Assembly: GCA_020510985.1 (NCBI GenBank)
Contig: CM035843.1
Span: 157,123,922 to 157,187,921, forward strand
Source of the DNA: Pholidichthys leucotaenia
Taxonomy: Eukaryota
Length of the DNA: 64,000 bases
Reading direction: 5' to 3'
The position numbers and the translations under genes are program-made. Below, piece after piece: positions 12,550 through 25,077 of the stretch (the stretch's first letter is position 1; every line of letters starts with the position of its first letter). The notes under the pieces are model-generated. The model was not told where the DNA came from, ran no database searches, and saw only the letters and a program-made list of their open reading frames with translations.

Positions 12550-13992
12550 GTGACCTTACGACGAAGCATGAGCAGAGATAATTCTCCTGAGCGGGGCTCG
12601 TCAGAAGCCAGCCTGACGAATGCCGCCACGTTCCAGCTGCCGGACTTCTGGCAGAATAGTCCGCGCTCCTGGTTTAGCGCGGTCGAGGCGCAGTTCAACC
12701 TCCGGAGAATCTCGAGAGACGACACAAAATTCTACCATGTGGTGGCGAAGCTGGACAACCACACAGTCCAGAGGGTGGAGAACCTGGTCAAACACCCGCC
12801 GGACAGCGACAAGTACAGCGCATTGAAGACTGCGCTTATCAGCCACTTCACCCCCTCGGTGCAACAGCGAGCAGAGGGGCTTCTAGCGTTGACGGAGTTT
12901 GAGAACGACAGACCCGCGGACCTGATGGGGAAAATGCTGAGGTTGAGAGACTCCGAAGATGACAGCTTTATCTTCGCCCACCTTTTCCTCAGGACCCTGC
13001 CGCCAGCGGTGAGAGTGACCCTGGCAGGTTCACCTCTGTTGGCCCGGCGAGACTACCACGAGCTGAGCCAGGAGGCACAACGACTCGTCGATGCCCACAA
13101 ACGGAACGCAGCTTCGGCCGCGGCAGCAGAGCTAGGCGCAACGTCCGGAGACGGCATGGGGCCAGAGGCTGCAGCACCAGACTCACCGACGACGGCAGCA
13201 GCAAGGGCCAGGCGACACAGAGTGGACGACCACCTTTGCTTCTACCATCGCCGCTTTGCAGAGAGGGCGCTCAAGTGCATTCCACCGTGCCATTTCAAGC
13301 GCTCGGCCCTCGTGGAGGAGAACAAGCTGCTCTACCTGACTGATGCACGTTCGGGGAGGCATTTCCTCATGGACACAGGCTCCCAGCTGAGCTTCATCAC
13401 GCCTTCCTACGCGGACCGGCTTGCGCCTTCCAGGGGTCCCCGGGTGTCAGCAGCGAACGGCTCAGCGATTAAGACCTTCGGGGAGAGGACTCTGCTTCTG
13501 TCTTTGCAGGGCCGTGCATTTGAGTGGACTTTTGTTGTAGCGGCAGTCAATTTCAACATGTTAGGGGCTGATTTTTTGTGCTCACATGGTTTATTGGTTG
13601 ATCTTGCTAACAGACGTCTGGTTAATGCACTCTCCTTTCACTCTATTCCCTGCACAGCTCGAGTGGCCCCGCCAACTGCACAAGCCAACGTCACAGCTGC
13701 AGGTGGTAAGTTCCACGCACTCCTCACTCAGTTCCCAGCACTCACGGTCCCAACGTTTTCGGCGACAGTGGCTAAACATGGGGTGGAACATTTTCTTACT
13801 ACCACCGGCCCGCCCGTTTTTGCAAAAGCTCGGCACTTGGACTCAGCTAAACTGACCATAGCGCGCAAGGAGTTTGCCAACCTGGAAAAACTGGGCATCA
13901 TCAGGCGTTCGAAGAGCCCCTGGGCTTCACCACTGCACATGGTCCCAAAGGCTGATGGCTCGTGGCGACCTGCGGTGATTTCCGCAGGTTGA
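12550..13992 (+). CDS. gag-protease ORF of copy 1 (480 aa, uninterrupted)
   Basis: DUF1759-like gag N-terminus. Cysteine/histidine cluster 'CFYHRRFAERALKCIPPCH'. Aspartic protease 'FLMDTGSQLSFI'. Confidence 0.75.
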   Translation: MTLRRSMSRDNSPERGSSEASLTNAATFQLPDFWQNSPRSWFSAVEAQFNLRRISRDDTKFYHVVAKLDNHTVQRVENLVKHPPDSDKYSALKTALISHFTPSVQQRAEGLLALTEFENDRPADLMGKMLRLRDSEDDSFIFAHLFLRTLPPAVRVTLAGSPLLARRDYHELSQEAQRLVDAHKRNAASAAAAELGATSGDGMGPEAAAPDSPTTAAARARRHRVDDHLCFYHRRFAERALKCIPPCHFKRSALVEENKLLYLTDARSGRHFLMDTGSQLSFITPSYADRLAPSRGPRVSAANGSAIKTFGERTLLLSLQGRAFEWTFVVAAVNFNMLGADFLCSHGLLVDLANRRLVNALSFHSIPCTARVAPPTAQANVTAAGGKFHALLTQFPALTVPTFSATVAKHGVEHFLTTTGPPVFAKARHLDSAKLTIARKEFANLEKLGIIRRSKSPWASPLHMVPKADGSWRPAVISAG

Positions 13993-15992
13993 ATAACGCC
14001 ACAGCGCACGACCGCTACCCGATTCCGCATATCCAAGATTTTCGGTTCATTTGGCAGGGGGGCGCATTTTTTCTAAAATGACTTACTATGCGGTTACCAC
14101 CAGTTCCAGTGCGCGCTGAGGACATACCCAAAACAGCGGTAATAAACTCCTTTCGGGCTTTTTGAGTTTTTGCGCATGCTGTTTGGGCTCAAGGGAGTGG
14201 TGCCAGACGTTCCAAACGCATGATGGATGCGGTCCTAAGCGATCTCCCTTTCGTGTTCGTCTTCTTGGATGACATTTTGGTAGCCAGCGCGTCCGAAGAC
14301 GAACACGAAAGCCACCTCACAGCAGTTTTCCGGAGGTTGGCAGAGCACGGGTTAATAATTAACCCAGCGAAGTGTCAGTTCAAGGTGGCGCAGATTGATT
14401 TTTTGGGGCATCGCGTTTCGCCAGAAGGAGCGGTCCCTCTGCCCGATAAGGTGCGCGCAATAACAAATTTTCCCCAACCACAAACGGTCAAAGCGTTACA
14501 AGAGTTTTTTGGGAATGGTTAATTTTTATAACAGTTTCCTCCCCCGTGCAGCGCAGCTCATGCAACCATTGTACGCTGCACTAAAAAAACAAAAAACCGA
14601 CGAATAAAATCGAATGGTCTCCTGAGCGGGAGCGCGCATTCTCTCAAGTCAAATCAGCCCTGGCAAACGCTGCGTTGTTGGCACACCCAGTCCCAATGGC
14701 CCGCATGGCGCTCACTATTGACGCGTCAGATGTTGCCATAGGGGCGGTCGTTGAACAGTACGTGGCTGGGGCTGGCAACCGCTCCGTGGTTTTTCAGCAA
14801 AACCTGCGCGATAGTGAGCGAAAATACAGCGCCGTTCGACAGGGATTGTTAGCTCTACACTTGGCCATCCGCCACTTCCAGTTCTGGCTGGAAGGACGCC
14901 GTTTTATACCGCATTCGTGGTCCCACAAACCGCTGACTTTCGCGATGGCCAAGATTTCGGAAACCTTGGTCGGGCCGGCAGCAGAGACAGCTGGCCGCGA
15001 TATCGGAGTTTACCCACCGATATCCAGCATGTGGCAGGTAATATAATGTAGTGGCAGACTGCCTCTCACGTGCTGTGGCGGCTTCCAGGCCCGTGGGGGC
15101 AGACTCTGCAGCCATGGCCGCAGACCAGGGTAGCGACGCGGAAGCGCGCGCCGCCCCCGGTCCGCGTGAGGGATAGATTTATGCCTCCATGGCCGCGAGC
15201 AGGTTAGCGACGCGGACGTGCGCGTGCTCCAGTCTGGACCAACAGGGTTTAAGGCTGGAGAGCAGGGTGCTGCAAGATGGTATGCCCCCCCTAATCTGCG
15301 ATGTCTCCACTGGACGACAGCGTCCGGTCGTACCAGCCGCGTGGCACCGCTGCGTTTTTGACTCGATGCATTCTCTGGTGCACCCGGGGGTGGCGCAGGT
15401 CGTCAGTCAAAATGGTAGGAGAGAAATTTGTAAGGCCGTGCTGAGCAAGCAGGTCAAGGAGTGGGCAACAGCCTGCGTGGCTTGTCAGGAGCCAAAATGC
15501 ACAAACACACTAGAGCTCCCTTGGAGCCTTTTCACATCCCGGCTAAGCGGTTCGATCATGTGCATGGTCGACCTCGTAGGCCCCCTTCCGGTCCGTCACA
15601 GGGGTGCACACACCTTTTTGACAATGGTGGACCGCACCACGCGTTGGGCCGGAATGGTCCCACTGGCATCAACCACAGCCGAGGAGGTGGCGCGCGCATT
15701 TTTAACAGCATGGGTAGCACGTTTTGGAGTTCCGTCAGACATTACGTCCGACAGAGGTCCTCAATTTGTGTCCGAGCTCTGGTCAGCGATTGCCCGCAGC
15801 CTGGGAGTAACGATCGACCGCACTACCGCGTACAACCCGCAGGCTAATGGTTTATGCGAACGTTTCCATAGGTCATTGAAAGCAGCCCTCAGAGCGTCAC
15901 TTACGGATACAAATTGGGTAGACAGGCTACCATGGGTTTTATTGGGGTTGCGTTCTGCACCTAAAGAGGATTTAAAAAGCCTCCCCAGCTGA
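13980..15992 (+). pseudogene. pol of copy 1 (RT, RNase H, integrase), broken into at least 4 frames
   Basis: ORF fragments carry RT 'FVFVFLDDILVAS' (14220-14522), RNase H 'TIDASDVAIGAVVEQ' (14675-15046) and integrase 'HRCVFDSMHSLVHPG...CVACQ...DLVGPLP...DRGPQFVSELW...AYNPQANGLCERFH' (15189-15992), with frameshifts and stops between them. Confidence 0.8.
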
Positions 15993-16605
15993 GTTAGTTT
16001 TTGCGCAGCCACTCGGCTGCCCGGGGAGTTTCTTCCCGGATAATCCTGCGCCAGAGTGCTCCCCTGCTCAGCGGTTGCAGAGCGACACGGGATCGAGCAC
16101 GCTTCCGGGCCCAGTTCATCACAGCTTCCCGCGCGTTTTTGTGCCTAAAAGCTTTTAAAAAAATGCGGAGTTTGTTTTTGTCAGGCATGATGCCCACCGC
16201 CCAAACTTGCAACCGCCTTATGATGGACCATTTAGAGTGCTGGAAACAGGAGAGAAGCATTTTGTGCTAGATTTGGGAGGCAGAAAGGAAGTAATTGGCA
16301 TAAACAGACTCAAACCCGCTTTTGTGATGGCTGATGAAGCTGTGCATTTGGCGAGGGCTCCCTGACGCGGCAGACCCCCTAGAGGGCATCCTCCGGAACA
16401 CCCACAGAGATTGACTAACAGTTCTAATCCACAGGCAGCGGCCCCACAGCAGGAGGACTCTGCGGAGGCAGGAAAACCGGCTTACAGCAAATACGGCAGA
16501 AGACTAAGGCCTAAGCGGCATGTGGATTGATATGTAGTGATTTTATTATGACATGCATCTTTAGTTATGATTGTTCCATCTTAGACGTTTGGGGGGGGGG
16601 GGTCA

Positions 16606-17019
16606 TGTGGGACACATATGTTGGTTTCATATGCTCCACAAATAGAATACTGTATGTTTATTGTGTGCTGCACGTCTCAGGGGAACAAAGGGACTGAGCC
16701 TCCTAGAGGTAACGGGAGGGTGTGAGATTTGGCCTTTTGTTTCAAGGAGATGGCCTTGAGAGATTTCCTGACCACCGGAGACTAGGGGGTGGATGGTGTT
16801 AAGATCGGAGGAAGTTATATTGTGACTGGGATTAAGTACCATGTGACTGTATGTTTGATTAAACACCATGTGACTGTAGTTTGATGTCCTAGGTATAAAA
16901 GGACAGATGTGAGAAGATTCATCCTCTTTTCCTGCTTTGAAATTGTTGGAGTATGTGATTGTGAATAAAGCTGAATCTGAGGAATAAACTCAGTCTCATC
17001 CTTCAACACATTCTCCACA
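16606..17019 (+). repeat. 3' LTR of copy 1
   Basis: See the 5' LTR entry. Preceded by G13 polypurine tract. Confidence 0.85.
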
Positions 17020-17399
17020 CCCTATTATTTCCTGTTCTGGATCACAGTATCCGGATTTTTTGCAGGATCGGGATCAGTCTTTGATATTTCGTAGAACCTA
17101 TTGGGATCTTATCCTGTATTTTTTTGGCAAGCGTCCTGACCATTTATTGTGGAGTTATATACACATATGCTAAAAATGGGCCTATCTCGCAATGATAAAG
17201 AATCCTTTAAAAAATTCCTGGATCCAGACGGTGATCCGTATCACTCCCAAAATCTAATCATTTCTTCATTGTCCCATTTTGGACTTGTCCTGAAAATTTC
17301 GTCAAAATCCATTGATAACTTTTTGAGTTATGTTGGTAACAGACAGACAGACAAACAAACCCCGGTAAAAACATAACCTCCTTGGCGGAGGTAAAAACA

Positions 17400-17665
17400 A
17401 AAAAACAGCACTTATGTACAGATGAGTGAGGACTGAAGAATCAATGAATGCTTTAAAAAAAATGATCTAGCAAAACAGAATTGGGAAGAACTATATAATG
17501 AAGAAGACACAGACAAAGCATATGAAATATTTTTAAGAATATTTAAATTATTATATGATAAAAATTGTCCACTTATTAAAAAAATCAATAAGAAGCAAAA
17601 ATATTCAGACAATCCATGGGTAACCAAGGGATTGAAAAATGCCCGCGAAAAGAAAAATATGTTAT
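17400..17665 (+). mobile_element. CR1/Rex-like LINE fragment (segment upstream of RT)
   Basis: Nucleotide homology to 44940-45160. Protein 'EELYNEEDTDKAYEIFLRIFKLLYDKNCPLIKKINKKQKYSDNPWVTKGLKNARKKKN'. Confidence 0.6.
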
Positions 17666-19289
17666 CACCATAATAGGACTAGTTGTTATAATCTGGATAA
17701 CCATGAAAACCGGTACTACCTGTCTTATGGGTTGGGCCGCCGGCGACTCAACCAGCAACCCTGTCCTTCTGAGGGCGTGGAGGATGAAACTGGGCATCCT
17801 GGCAGAACTAAAAACAATATCTGTCACAGGTCTGTGGTGGACCACTCCCAGTTACACCGGGTGAGACTGGACATCCTGGCAGATAAACACGTCTGTCGCA
17901 AGGTCTGTGGTGGACTTTTGCCAGTCGGTGCATCGTGACATGCAAGACACAAAGAGCAGAGATAAACAAACCTATCATCTGGTCAGTCACTGCAACAGAT
18001 ACTGGAGTCAGTTTGTCTTGGCCTGTCCTTGCCACCGATAATACCTCTATCTGCCAAGAATGTGCCGCTAGTCCAGCAAAAGCTAGCAGTACTCAAATAC
18101 TTTGCAAGCAGTTTCATGAAAGTCAGTCAGAAAGCAACTCATACTGGCTCGGACGTCGCCTGGGTAAACAAGGTCAGGAGTTCCTGGCAGCGGAAGGCGA
18201 AGGACAGAGCTGCGTGGAGGAATCTGATCAGACCTAAATGAAACAGTCATTGTCGCCCCCGACAGACTGCGATGATGATGATGATGTTATAATCCCTAAA
18301 ATCAGCACCTTAGTTGACTGGTTTCAACCAACTCGGCCCCCAACCACTATGTCTTCCTGGGTGGAGTTGATGACCTCATGGCGCCGCCAATGCAACACAT
18401 CATCAGTTGTGCACCCCAAGGCTCACTGGGTGTTTCGGCCTTTTATCACAAGACACCCTCACCCAAGGCTGGACCACCACAGGCTGATCAGGCCTGGCCG
18501 TATGTTGTTTGGGGGCTCCATGTAGTCATTTGACAGCTCATACTGTGTCCTTCCTTTTCAGCCATAGCCAGTGACTGCTTCTCTTAGTGACACTGGCAAG
18601 CTCTTTGATAGTTCTCTGTTGGACCTGCCCCCTATCTCCCACCTCCTTCAGTAGTCTTGTGGTGGAACTGGCTACAAAACTCCTGCAGCCCACCTTCACA
18701 GGGCGCACCTTTACATTCCAGCCCGGCTCCTCTGCTTCATCTGCAAGGTTTGCATATCGCAGCCTTTTCCTTTCGAAAGCCTCATTGATGGATTCCTCCC
18801 AAGGGATTGTCAGCTCAACGATTCAATTCAATTCAATTCAACTTTATTTATATAGCGCCATTTCACAACAACAGTCATCTCATAGCACTATCAACTATAG
18901 GGAGGACCCCCACAGTTGCAGAAAGACCCCAGCAATCAGGCGATCCCCTGTGAGCAAGCACTTGGCGACGGTGGAGAGGAAAAACTCCCTTTTAACAGGA
19001 AGAAACCTCCAGCAGAACCAGGCTCAGGGAGGGGCAGTCATCTGCTGCGACTGGCTGGGGGGTGAGGGGATAGAGAAGAAGAAAAGAACAGACATGTAGA
19101 GAGCAAACAGCACGATGGGGACTCAATCTATGGGAGAGAACAAACAAATGTTAATGACCAGCAAAAAAAAAATATTTCATAGAGAGTGAGGAAAGGAGTG
19201 AGGCCCAGTGCATTACTGGAGGTCCCCCGGCTGACTAAACCTATTAGCAGCATAACTAAGGGAGGGTTCAGAAAACACATGATCCCTCC

Positions 19290-22200
19290 CTAATTGTAGG
19301 CTATATCAAAAAGGTAGGTTTTAGCCCTATTCTTAAAAACAGAGATCGAGTCTGACTCCCGAATCCAGATTGGCAGCTGATTCCACAGGAGAGGAGCTTG
19401 ATAACTGAAGGCTCTGCCTCCCATTGTACTTTTGGAGATTCTAGGTATTACAAGTAAACCTGCATTTTGGGAGCGTAGTGCTCTGTTAGGATGATACGGT
19501 AGTATCAGATCTTTTAAATAAAAAGGAGCCTGATTGTTTAGAGCTTTGTAAGTAAGAAGAAGGATTTTAAACTTAATTCTAAACTCTATGGGAAGCCAAT
19601 GAAGGGAGGCCAGAACCGGAGAGATATGATCTCTCTTTCTAGTACCTGTTAAAACTCTTGCTGCAGCATTTTGGATCAGCTGAAGACTTTTTAAAGATGT
19701 TTTAGGACAACCTGATAATAAAGAATTACAATAATCTAATCTCGAGCTAACAAAAGCGTGGATCAGCTTCTCAGCATCACTCTGAGACAAGATGCTCCTA
19801 ATCTTGGCAATATTACGCAAATGATAGAAGGCAGTCTTAGAAACAAATTTAATATGTGAATTGAAGGACAAATCCTGATCAAAAATAACTCCAAGGTTCC
19901 TCACAGAGCTATTAAGAGAAAGAGTAACTGCATCCAAACTGAAAGTTTGATTTGGAAAGGAATTTCTAAGGTTTTTTGGACCAACAAGAATGACTTCAGT
20001 CTTATCTGAATTTAATAGCAGGAAATTACAAGTCATCCAAACTTTGATTTCCTTAAGACAGGCTTCTAACTTGGCTAATTGATTAGTATCATCTGGCTTC
20101 ATTGACAGGTATAATTGTGTGTCATCTGCATAACAGTGAAAATGTATACAGTGCTTTCTAATAATGTTGCCTAACGGAAGCATATATAAACTAAAAAGAG
20201 TAGGGCCAAGCACAGATCCCTGTGGAACTCCTTGACTAAGCTTTGAGCTGAGAGAAAACTCATCATTTACATGAACAAACTGGAACCTATCAGATAAATA
20301 AGATCTAAACCACTGCAACGAAGTTCCATTAAGTCCAACATAGTGTTCTAATCTATCAAGTAGAATATTATGATCAATAGTATCAAAAGCTGCACTAAGA
20401 TCTAAAAGGACAAGTACAGAAACTAGTCCATTATCAGATGCAATGAGGAGGTCGTTAGTGACCTTCGCTAAGGCTGTTTCAGTGCTATGATGGATTCTAA
20501 ACCCAGATTGAAACTCCTCAAATAAACCATTTCCCTGCAGGTGGTCAAATAATTGCATAGCAACAACTCTTTCTAAGATTTTTGAAATGAAAGGGAGATT
20601 AGAGATTGGTCTATAGTTAGCTAAAGCTCCTGGATCTAGCGTTGGCTTTTTGAGTAAGGGTTTAATTACAGCCGTTTTAAAAGCCTGCGGTACATGGCCT
20701 AAAGTTAATGAAGAATTGATTATATGAAGAATAAAGCTACCAATAAGTGGGAAGACTTCTTTAAATAACCTGGTAGGAATAGGGTCTAAAAGACAAGTTG
20801 AAGGTTTGGATGAGGAAACTATTTTGTCTAACTCACAAAGGTCGATTGGAGTAAACTCATCAAGACAGACATCAATAGAAGGAGTTGTAGTAGTTACAGT
20901 ATTTAAGTTAACTGTGGGAAGAATCTGATTGATTTTATCTCTGATGGATGAAATTTTATTATTGAAAAAGTTCATAAAGTCCTGACTAGTAAGCTCTAAG
21001 GGAATCCAAGGATTGACAGAGTCCTGGCTCTTTGTCAACCTGGCTACAGTACTGAAAAGAAACCTGGGATTATTCTTGTTCTCTTCTATTAATGCAGAGT
21101 AATAACTCGTTCTAGCTTTTCTAAGAGATTTTTTATAAATTAAAAGATGATTTCTCCAAGTTAAATAGATTTCATCTAAATTAGTAGAGCGCCATTTTCT
21201 TTCTAATTGACGAGTCTTCTGTTTTAAGCTACGAGTTTCTGTGTTGAACCAAGGAGTTAAAAATCTCTGATTAGACTTTTTCTTTTTTAAGGGGGCCACC
21301 AAGTCTAGAGCCTGATGTAGAGAAGCTGAAACACTATCCACCATGTTATCAATTACAGAAGGAGCAAGCTGTCTATAGCTTATTTCCGTTGTGTTGACAC
21401 ATGGCATAGAGGAAACAATCTGCATAAATTTGGAAACAGCATCATCTGAGAGGCATCTACTGTGATAATATTTTTCTTTAGGAGCCAAATAGTCAGAAAT
21501 AGTAAAATCAAAGGTTAACAGACAATGGTCTGACAGTACAGGGTTATGAGGAGACACTACCAGATTTTCTATTTCTATGCCATATGTCAGAACAAGGTCC
21601 AATGTATGGTGGAGGTAATGAGTAGAATTTCCTACTTTCTGAGAAAACCCAATCGAGTCTAATATTGAATTAAAAGCCACATTAAGGCAATCACTATCTA
21701 CATCCACATGTATATTAAAGTCCCCTACTATAATTATTCTATCAGATTTCAGCACTAAATCAGCTAAGAAATCAGGAAATTCGGATAAAAATTCTGAATA
21801 GGTTGATGGGGGACGATAAACTATGGCAAATAAAATTGGGTTTAACCTGGAATTGCTAAAGTGCCCAATACTGAGGACCAGGCCCTCAAAGGAATTATAA
21901 CATGTTTTTTGCTTTACATTAACTAGTAATTTGGAATGGTAAATTGTTGCTACTCCTCCTCCACGACCAGAACTTCTGGGATTTTGACAGTTTAAATAAC
22001 CAGAGGGAGTTGATTCATTTAAACCAACATAATCCTCTTGCCCTAACCAAGTCTCTGTAAGGGATATTAAATCAATCTGATGATCAATTAACAGATCATG
22101 GACTAACAGAGACTTGGGAGTTAGAGACCTAATATTTAATAAACCACATTTAATTTTTAAATTATGAGGAGGAACAGAGGCCAAATCATTCAATTTAGAG

Positions 22201-22469
22201 GCTTTATGTTTAATTTGAGTTTTACCAATATTTTGCTTTATCACTTTGGGATGCTTATACATTATATTTTTATTTACTTTGGAGGGAGCAGACAACGATT
22301 CTCTGATGGGGAAGACAGGGGCTAAGTTGAGGGGGTGGCGGATGAAGAGGAGCTGCAGAGAGGCGTGTAAGACTGCGACTCTGCTTCCTGGTCCCAACTC
22401 TGAGTAGTCACGGTTTTGGAAATTTGGATAAAAAAGATGCCAGATTGTTAGATAAATGAGAAGCACCAT
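19290..22469 (-). CDS. L2 ORF2: APE endonuclease plus reverse transcriptase, 1059 aa, uninterrupted
   Basis: Endonuclease '[33 protein letters not shown]'. RT '[17 protein letters not shown]', '[19 protein letters not shown]', 'CYADDTQLY'. C-terminal '[11 protein letters not shown]...[12 protein letters not shown]' block. Confidence 0.85.
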   Translation of the reverse strand: MVLLIYLTIWHLFYPNFQNRDYSELGPGSRVAVLHASLQLLFIRHPLNLAPVFPIRESLSAPSKVNKNIMYKHPKVIKQNIGKTQIKHKASKLNDLASVPPHNLKIKCGLLNIRSLTPKSLLVHDLLIDHQIDLISLTETWLGQEDYVGLNESTPSGYLNCQNPRSSGRGGGVATIYHSKLLVNVKQKTCYNSFEGLVLSIGHFSNSRLNPILFAIVYRPPSTYSEFLSEFPDFLADLVLKSDRIIIVGDFNIHVDVDSDCLNVAFNSILDSIGFSQKVGNSTHYLHHTLDLVLTYGIEIENLVVSPHNPVLSDHCLLTFDFTISDYLAPKEKYYHSRCLSDDAVSKFMQIVSSMPCVNTTEISYRQLAPSVIDNMVDSVSASLHQALDLVAPLKKKKSNQRFLTPWFNTETRSLKQKTRQLERKWRSTNLDEIYLTWRNHLLIYKKSLRKARTSYYSALIEENKNNPRFLFSTVARLTKSQDSVNPWIPLELTSQDFMNFFNNKISSIRDKINQILPTVNLNTVTTTTPSIDVCLDEFTPIDLCELDKIVSSSKPSTCLLDPIPTRLFKEVFPLIGSFILHIINSSLTLGHVPQAFKTAVIKPLLKKPTLDPGALANYRPISNLPFISKILERVVAMQLFDHLQGNGLFEEFQSGFRIHHSTETALAKVTNDLLIASDNGLVSVLVLLDLSAAFDTIDHNILLDRLEHYVGLNGTSLQWFRSYLSDRFQFVHVNDEFSLSSKLSQGVPQGSVLGPTLFSLYMLPLGNIIRKHCIHFHCYADDTQLYLSMKPDDTNQLAKLEACLKEIKVWMTCNFLLLNSDKTEVILVGPKNLRNSFPNQTFSLDAVTLSLNSSVRNLGVIFDQDLSFNSHIKFVSKTAFYHLRNIAKIRSILSQSDAEKLIHAFVSSRLDYCNSLLSGCPKTSLKSLQLIQNAAARVLTGTRKRDHISPVLASLHWLPIEFRIKFKILLLTYKALNNQAPFYLKDLILPYHPNRALRSQNAGLLVIPRISKSTMGGRAFSYQAPLLWNQLPIWIRESDSISVFKNRAKTYLFDIAYN

Positions 22470-23163
22470 CCAAAGTGGGATGAATGCTGTCTCGTCTCAT
22501 AAGACCAGGTTTTCCCCAAAAAGAGCTCCAATTGTCAATGTAGCCCACGTCATTTTTAGGACACCACACAGACAGCCAGCGGTTCAAGGATGACGAGCGA
22601 CTAAACATGTCATCACTGGTCAGATTGGGGAGGGGCCCAGAGAATACTACAGTGGCAGACATCGTTTTTGCAAAGTCACACACCGATTCTACATTAAGTT
22701 TCGTGACTTCCGACTGCCGGAGACGGATGTCATTAATGCCGGCGTGAATAACAATTGTGGAATATTTACAGTTACTTTTAGCCAGCATTTTCAAATTTGA
22801 CTCGATGTCGCCTGCTCTGGCCCCAGGAATGCATGTGACTATGGCCGATGGAGTCTCTAGGTTCACGTTTCTGACTACAGAGTCGCCAATGATCAGAGTT
22901 TTTTCCTCAGCGGGTGTGTCGCTGAGCGGGGAAAAACGATTAGAAACGTGAACAGGTTGGTGGTGAACCGGGGCTTTGCGACTAGGCTTCCTTCTCACCG
23001 TCACCCACCCAGTCTCCTCGCTGCAGAGGAGAGCCGGGGAACCGGTGACAGGGGGACCTAAACTAGCTAGCTCCGCTGCAGCTAAGGGGCGTCCGTCGAG
23101 ATTAACTGGCGCAGACGGTGTTTCAATGCAGCGGAGCCGGGATTCCAAACGATGAAAACACAT
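22408..23163 (-). CDS. L2 ORF1 with SGNH/GDSL-type esterase domain, 251 aa
   Basis: '[11 protein letters not shown]' (GDS motif) and 'IHAGINDI' blocks, typical of CR1/L2-clade ORF1 esterases. May lack a few N-terminal residues. Confidence 0.65.
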   Translation of the reverse strand: MCFHRLESRLRCIETPSAPVNLDGRPLAAAELASLGPPVTGSPALLCSEETGWVTVRRKPSRKAPVHHQPVHVSNRFSPLSDTPAEEKTLIIGDSVVRNVNLETPSAIVTCIPGARAGDIESNLKMLAKSNCKYSTIVIHAGINDIRLRQSEVTKLNVESVCDFAKTMSATVVFSGPLPNLTSDDMFSRSSSLNRWLSVWCPKNDVGYIDNWSSFWGKPGLMRRDSIHPTLDGASHLSNNLASFLSKFPKP

Positions 23164-23858
23164 CGGCAGAATTTGGACCAGAGGACCAGGGGCCTCATGT
23201 ACAAAGACTTGTGTGGATTTCCTACTGAAAGATGACGTACCTTTAAATCAAGAAAACACCATAAGCAAAAAAAAAAAAAATCTAGATGTATGAAACAGTG
23301 TGTACGCAGGAATCCAAGCACATTTCCTTTGTACATCCCAGTCTACTTGAAATTGAACGGCACGTGAGGAAATACCAGACTCCTCCCTTGACACGTCTCC
23401 ATTTAGATATGCAATTGGATGCAAATAGATACAGTTTCTCACAAAAGTGAGTACACTCCTCACATTTTTGTAAATATTTAATTATATCTTTTCATGGGAC
23501 AACACTGAAGATATGACACTTTGATACAATGTAGTCAGTGTACAGCTTGTATAACAGTGTAAATTTGCTGTCCCCTCAAATTAACTCACCACACAGCCAT
23601 TAATGTCTAAACCGCTGGCAACAAAAGTGAGTACACCCCTAAGTGAAAATGTCCAAATTGTGTCCAAAATGTCAATGTTTTGTGTGGTCAACATTATTTT
23701 CCAGCACTGCCTTAACTCCCTTGGGCATGGAGTTCACTAGAGCTTCACAGGTTGCCACTGGAATCCTCTTTCACTCCTCCATGATGACATCACGGAGCTG
23801 GTGGATGTTAGAGATCTTGCGCTCCCCCACCTTCCGTTTGAGGATGCCCAACAGATGC

Positions 23859-24479
23859 TCAATAGGGTTTAGGTCTTGAGACATGCTTGGCCAGTCCATC
23901 ACCTTTACCCTGTTTCTTTAGCAAGGCAGTGGTCGTTTTGGTGGTGTGTTTGGGTTCGTTATTGTGTTGGAATACTGCCCTGCGGCCCAGTGTCCAAAGG
24001 GAGGGGATCATGCTCTGCTTCAGTATGTCAGCGTACATGTTGACATTCATGGTTCCCTCAATGAACTGTAGCTCCCCAGTGCGGGCAGCACTCATGCAGC
24101 CCCAAACCATGACACTCCCACCACCATGCTTGACTGTAGGCAAGACACACTTGTCTTTGTACTCCTCACCTGGTTGCCGCAACACATGCTTGACACAATC
24201 TGAACCAAATAAGCTTATTTTGGTGTCATCAGACCACAGGACATGGTTCCAGTAATCCATGTCCTTAGTCTGCTCGTCTTCAGCAAACTGTTTGCAGTCT
24301 TTCTTGTGCATCATCTTTAAAAGGTGCTTCCTTCTGGGATGACAGCTATGCAGACCAATTTGATGCAGTGTGCTTCGTATGGTCTGAGCACTGACAGGCT
24401 GACCCCCCCCCCCCCCCCACACCCTTTCAACCTCTGCAGCAATGCTGGCAGCACTTATACATCTATTTTCAAAATACAA
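23859..24479 (-). pseudogene. Tc1 transposase, C-terminal 206 aa in frame; N-terminus frameshifted
   Basis: 'HVLWSDDTKISLFG', '[18 protein letters not shown]', 'FQHNNEPKHT'. Upstream helix-turn-helix part is in another frame (around 24500-24660). Confidence 0.75.
24400..24419. repeat. Poly-C homopolymer
   Basis: About 19 C in a row. Confidence 0.9.
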
Positions 24480-25077
24480 CCTCTGGATATGACGCTGAAC
24501 ACATGCACTCTACTTCTTTGGTCGACCATGGCGAGGCCTGTTCTGAGTGGAACCTGTCCTGTTAAACTGCTGTATGGTCTTGGCCACCGTGCTGTGGCTC
24601 AGTTTCAGGGTGCTGGCAATCTTCTTATAGCCTAGGCCATCTTTATGTAGAGCAACAATTCTTTTTTTTTTAGATCCTCAGAGAGTTATTTGCCATGAGG
24701 TGCCATATTGAACTTGACCAGCATTGGAGAGTGTGAGAGTGATAACACCAAATTTAACACACTTGCTCCCCATTCACACCTGAGACCTTGTAACACTGAC
24801 AAGTTACGTGATCCTGGGGAAGGTAAATGGCTAATTGGACAGAATTTGGACATTTTCACTTAGGGGTGTGCTCACTTTTGTTGCCAGCGGTTTAGTCATT
24901 AGTGACTGTGTGTTGAGTTATTTTGGGGGGACAGCAAATTTACACTGTAATACAAGCTGTACACTGACTACTTTACATTGTATCAAAGTGTCATATCTTC
25001 AGTGTTGTCCCATGAAAAGATATAACAAAATATATACAAAAATGTGAAGGGTGTACTCACTTTTGTGAGATACTGTA

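Larger units (their letters stand above)
12133..17019 (+). mobile_element. LTR retrotransposon copy 1 (BEL/Pao-like; order gag-protease-RT-RNaseH-integrase), 4887 bp
   Basis: 414-bp LTRs (12133-12546 and 16606-17019), TGT...ACA termini, more than 99% identical. 4-bp target-site duplication 'ccct' (12129-12132 and 17020-17023). Primer-binding site 'tggtgaccttacgacg' at 12548. Poly-G polypurine tract at 16590-16602. gag N-terminus 'LPDFWQNSPRSWFSAVEAQF' is DUF1759-like. Confidence 0.85.
18820..23190 (-). mobile_element. Full-length L2-clade LINE (esterase ORF1 plus EN/RT ORF2)
   Basis: ORF1 22408-23163 and ORF2 19290-22469 overlap slightly. 3'UTR 18820-19289 ends in a (gaatt)n-like tail 'ttgaattgaattgaattg' (reverse complement of 18822-18846) next to 'gcgctatataaataaag'. 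5' end abuts repeat R at about 23190. Confidence 0.8.
23432..25075 (-). mobile_element. Tc1-family DNA transposon, second family, with frameshifted transposase
   Basis: About 220-bp terminal inverted repeats 'cagtttctcacaaaagtgagtacac...' (23432-) and reverse complement '...gtgtactcacttttgtgagatactg' (-25075). TA at 23430-23431 and 25076-25077. Interrupts the R copy exactly at a TA that is uninterrupted in the proximal copy ('cttgtataTAtctatttgc', about 622-640). Confidence 0.85.

Noticed and set aside
18238-19099. ORFs of 95-170 aa overlapping the L2 3'UTR on the opposite strand
   Set aside because: They run through the reverse complement of a LINE 3'UTR and microsatellite tail with no recognisable domain. 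Most likely non-coding.
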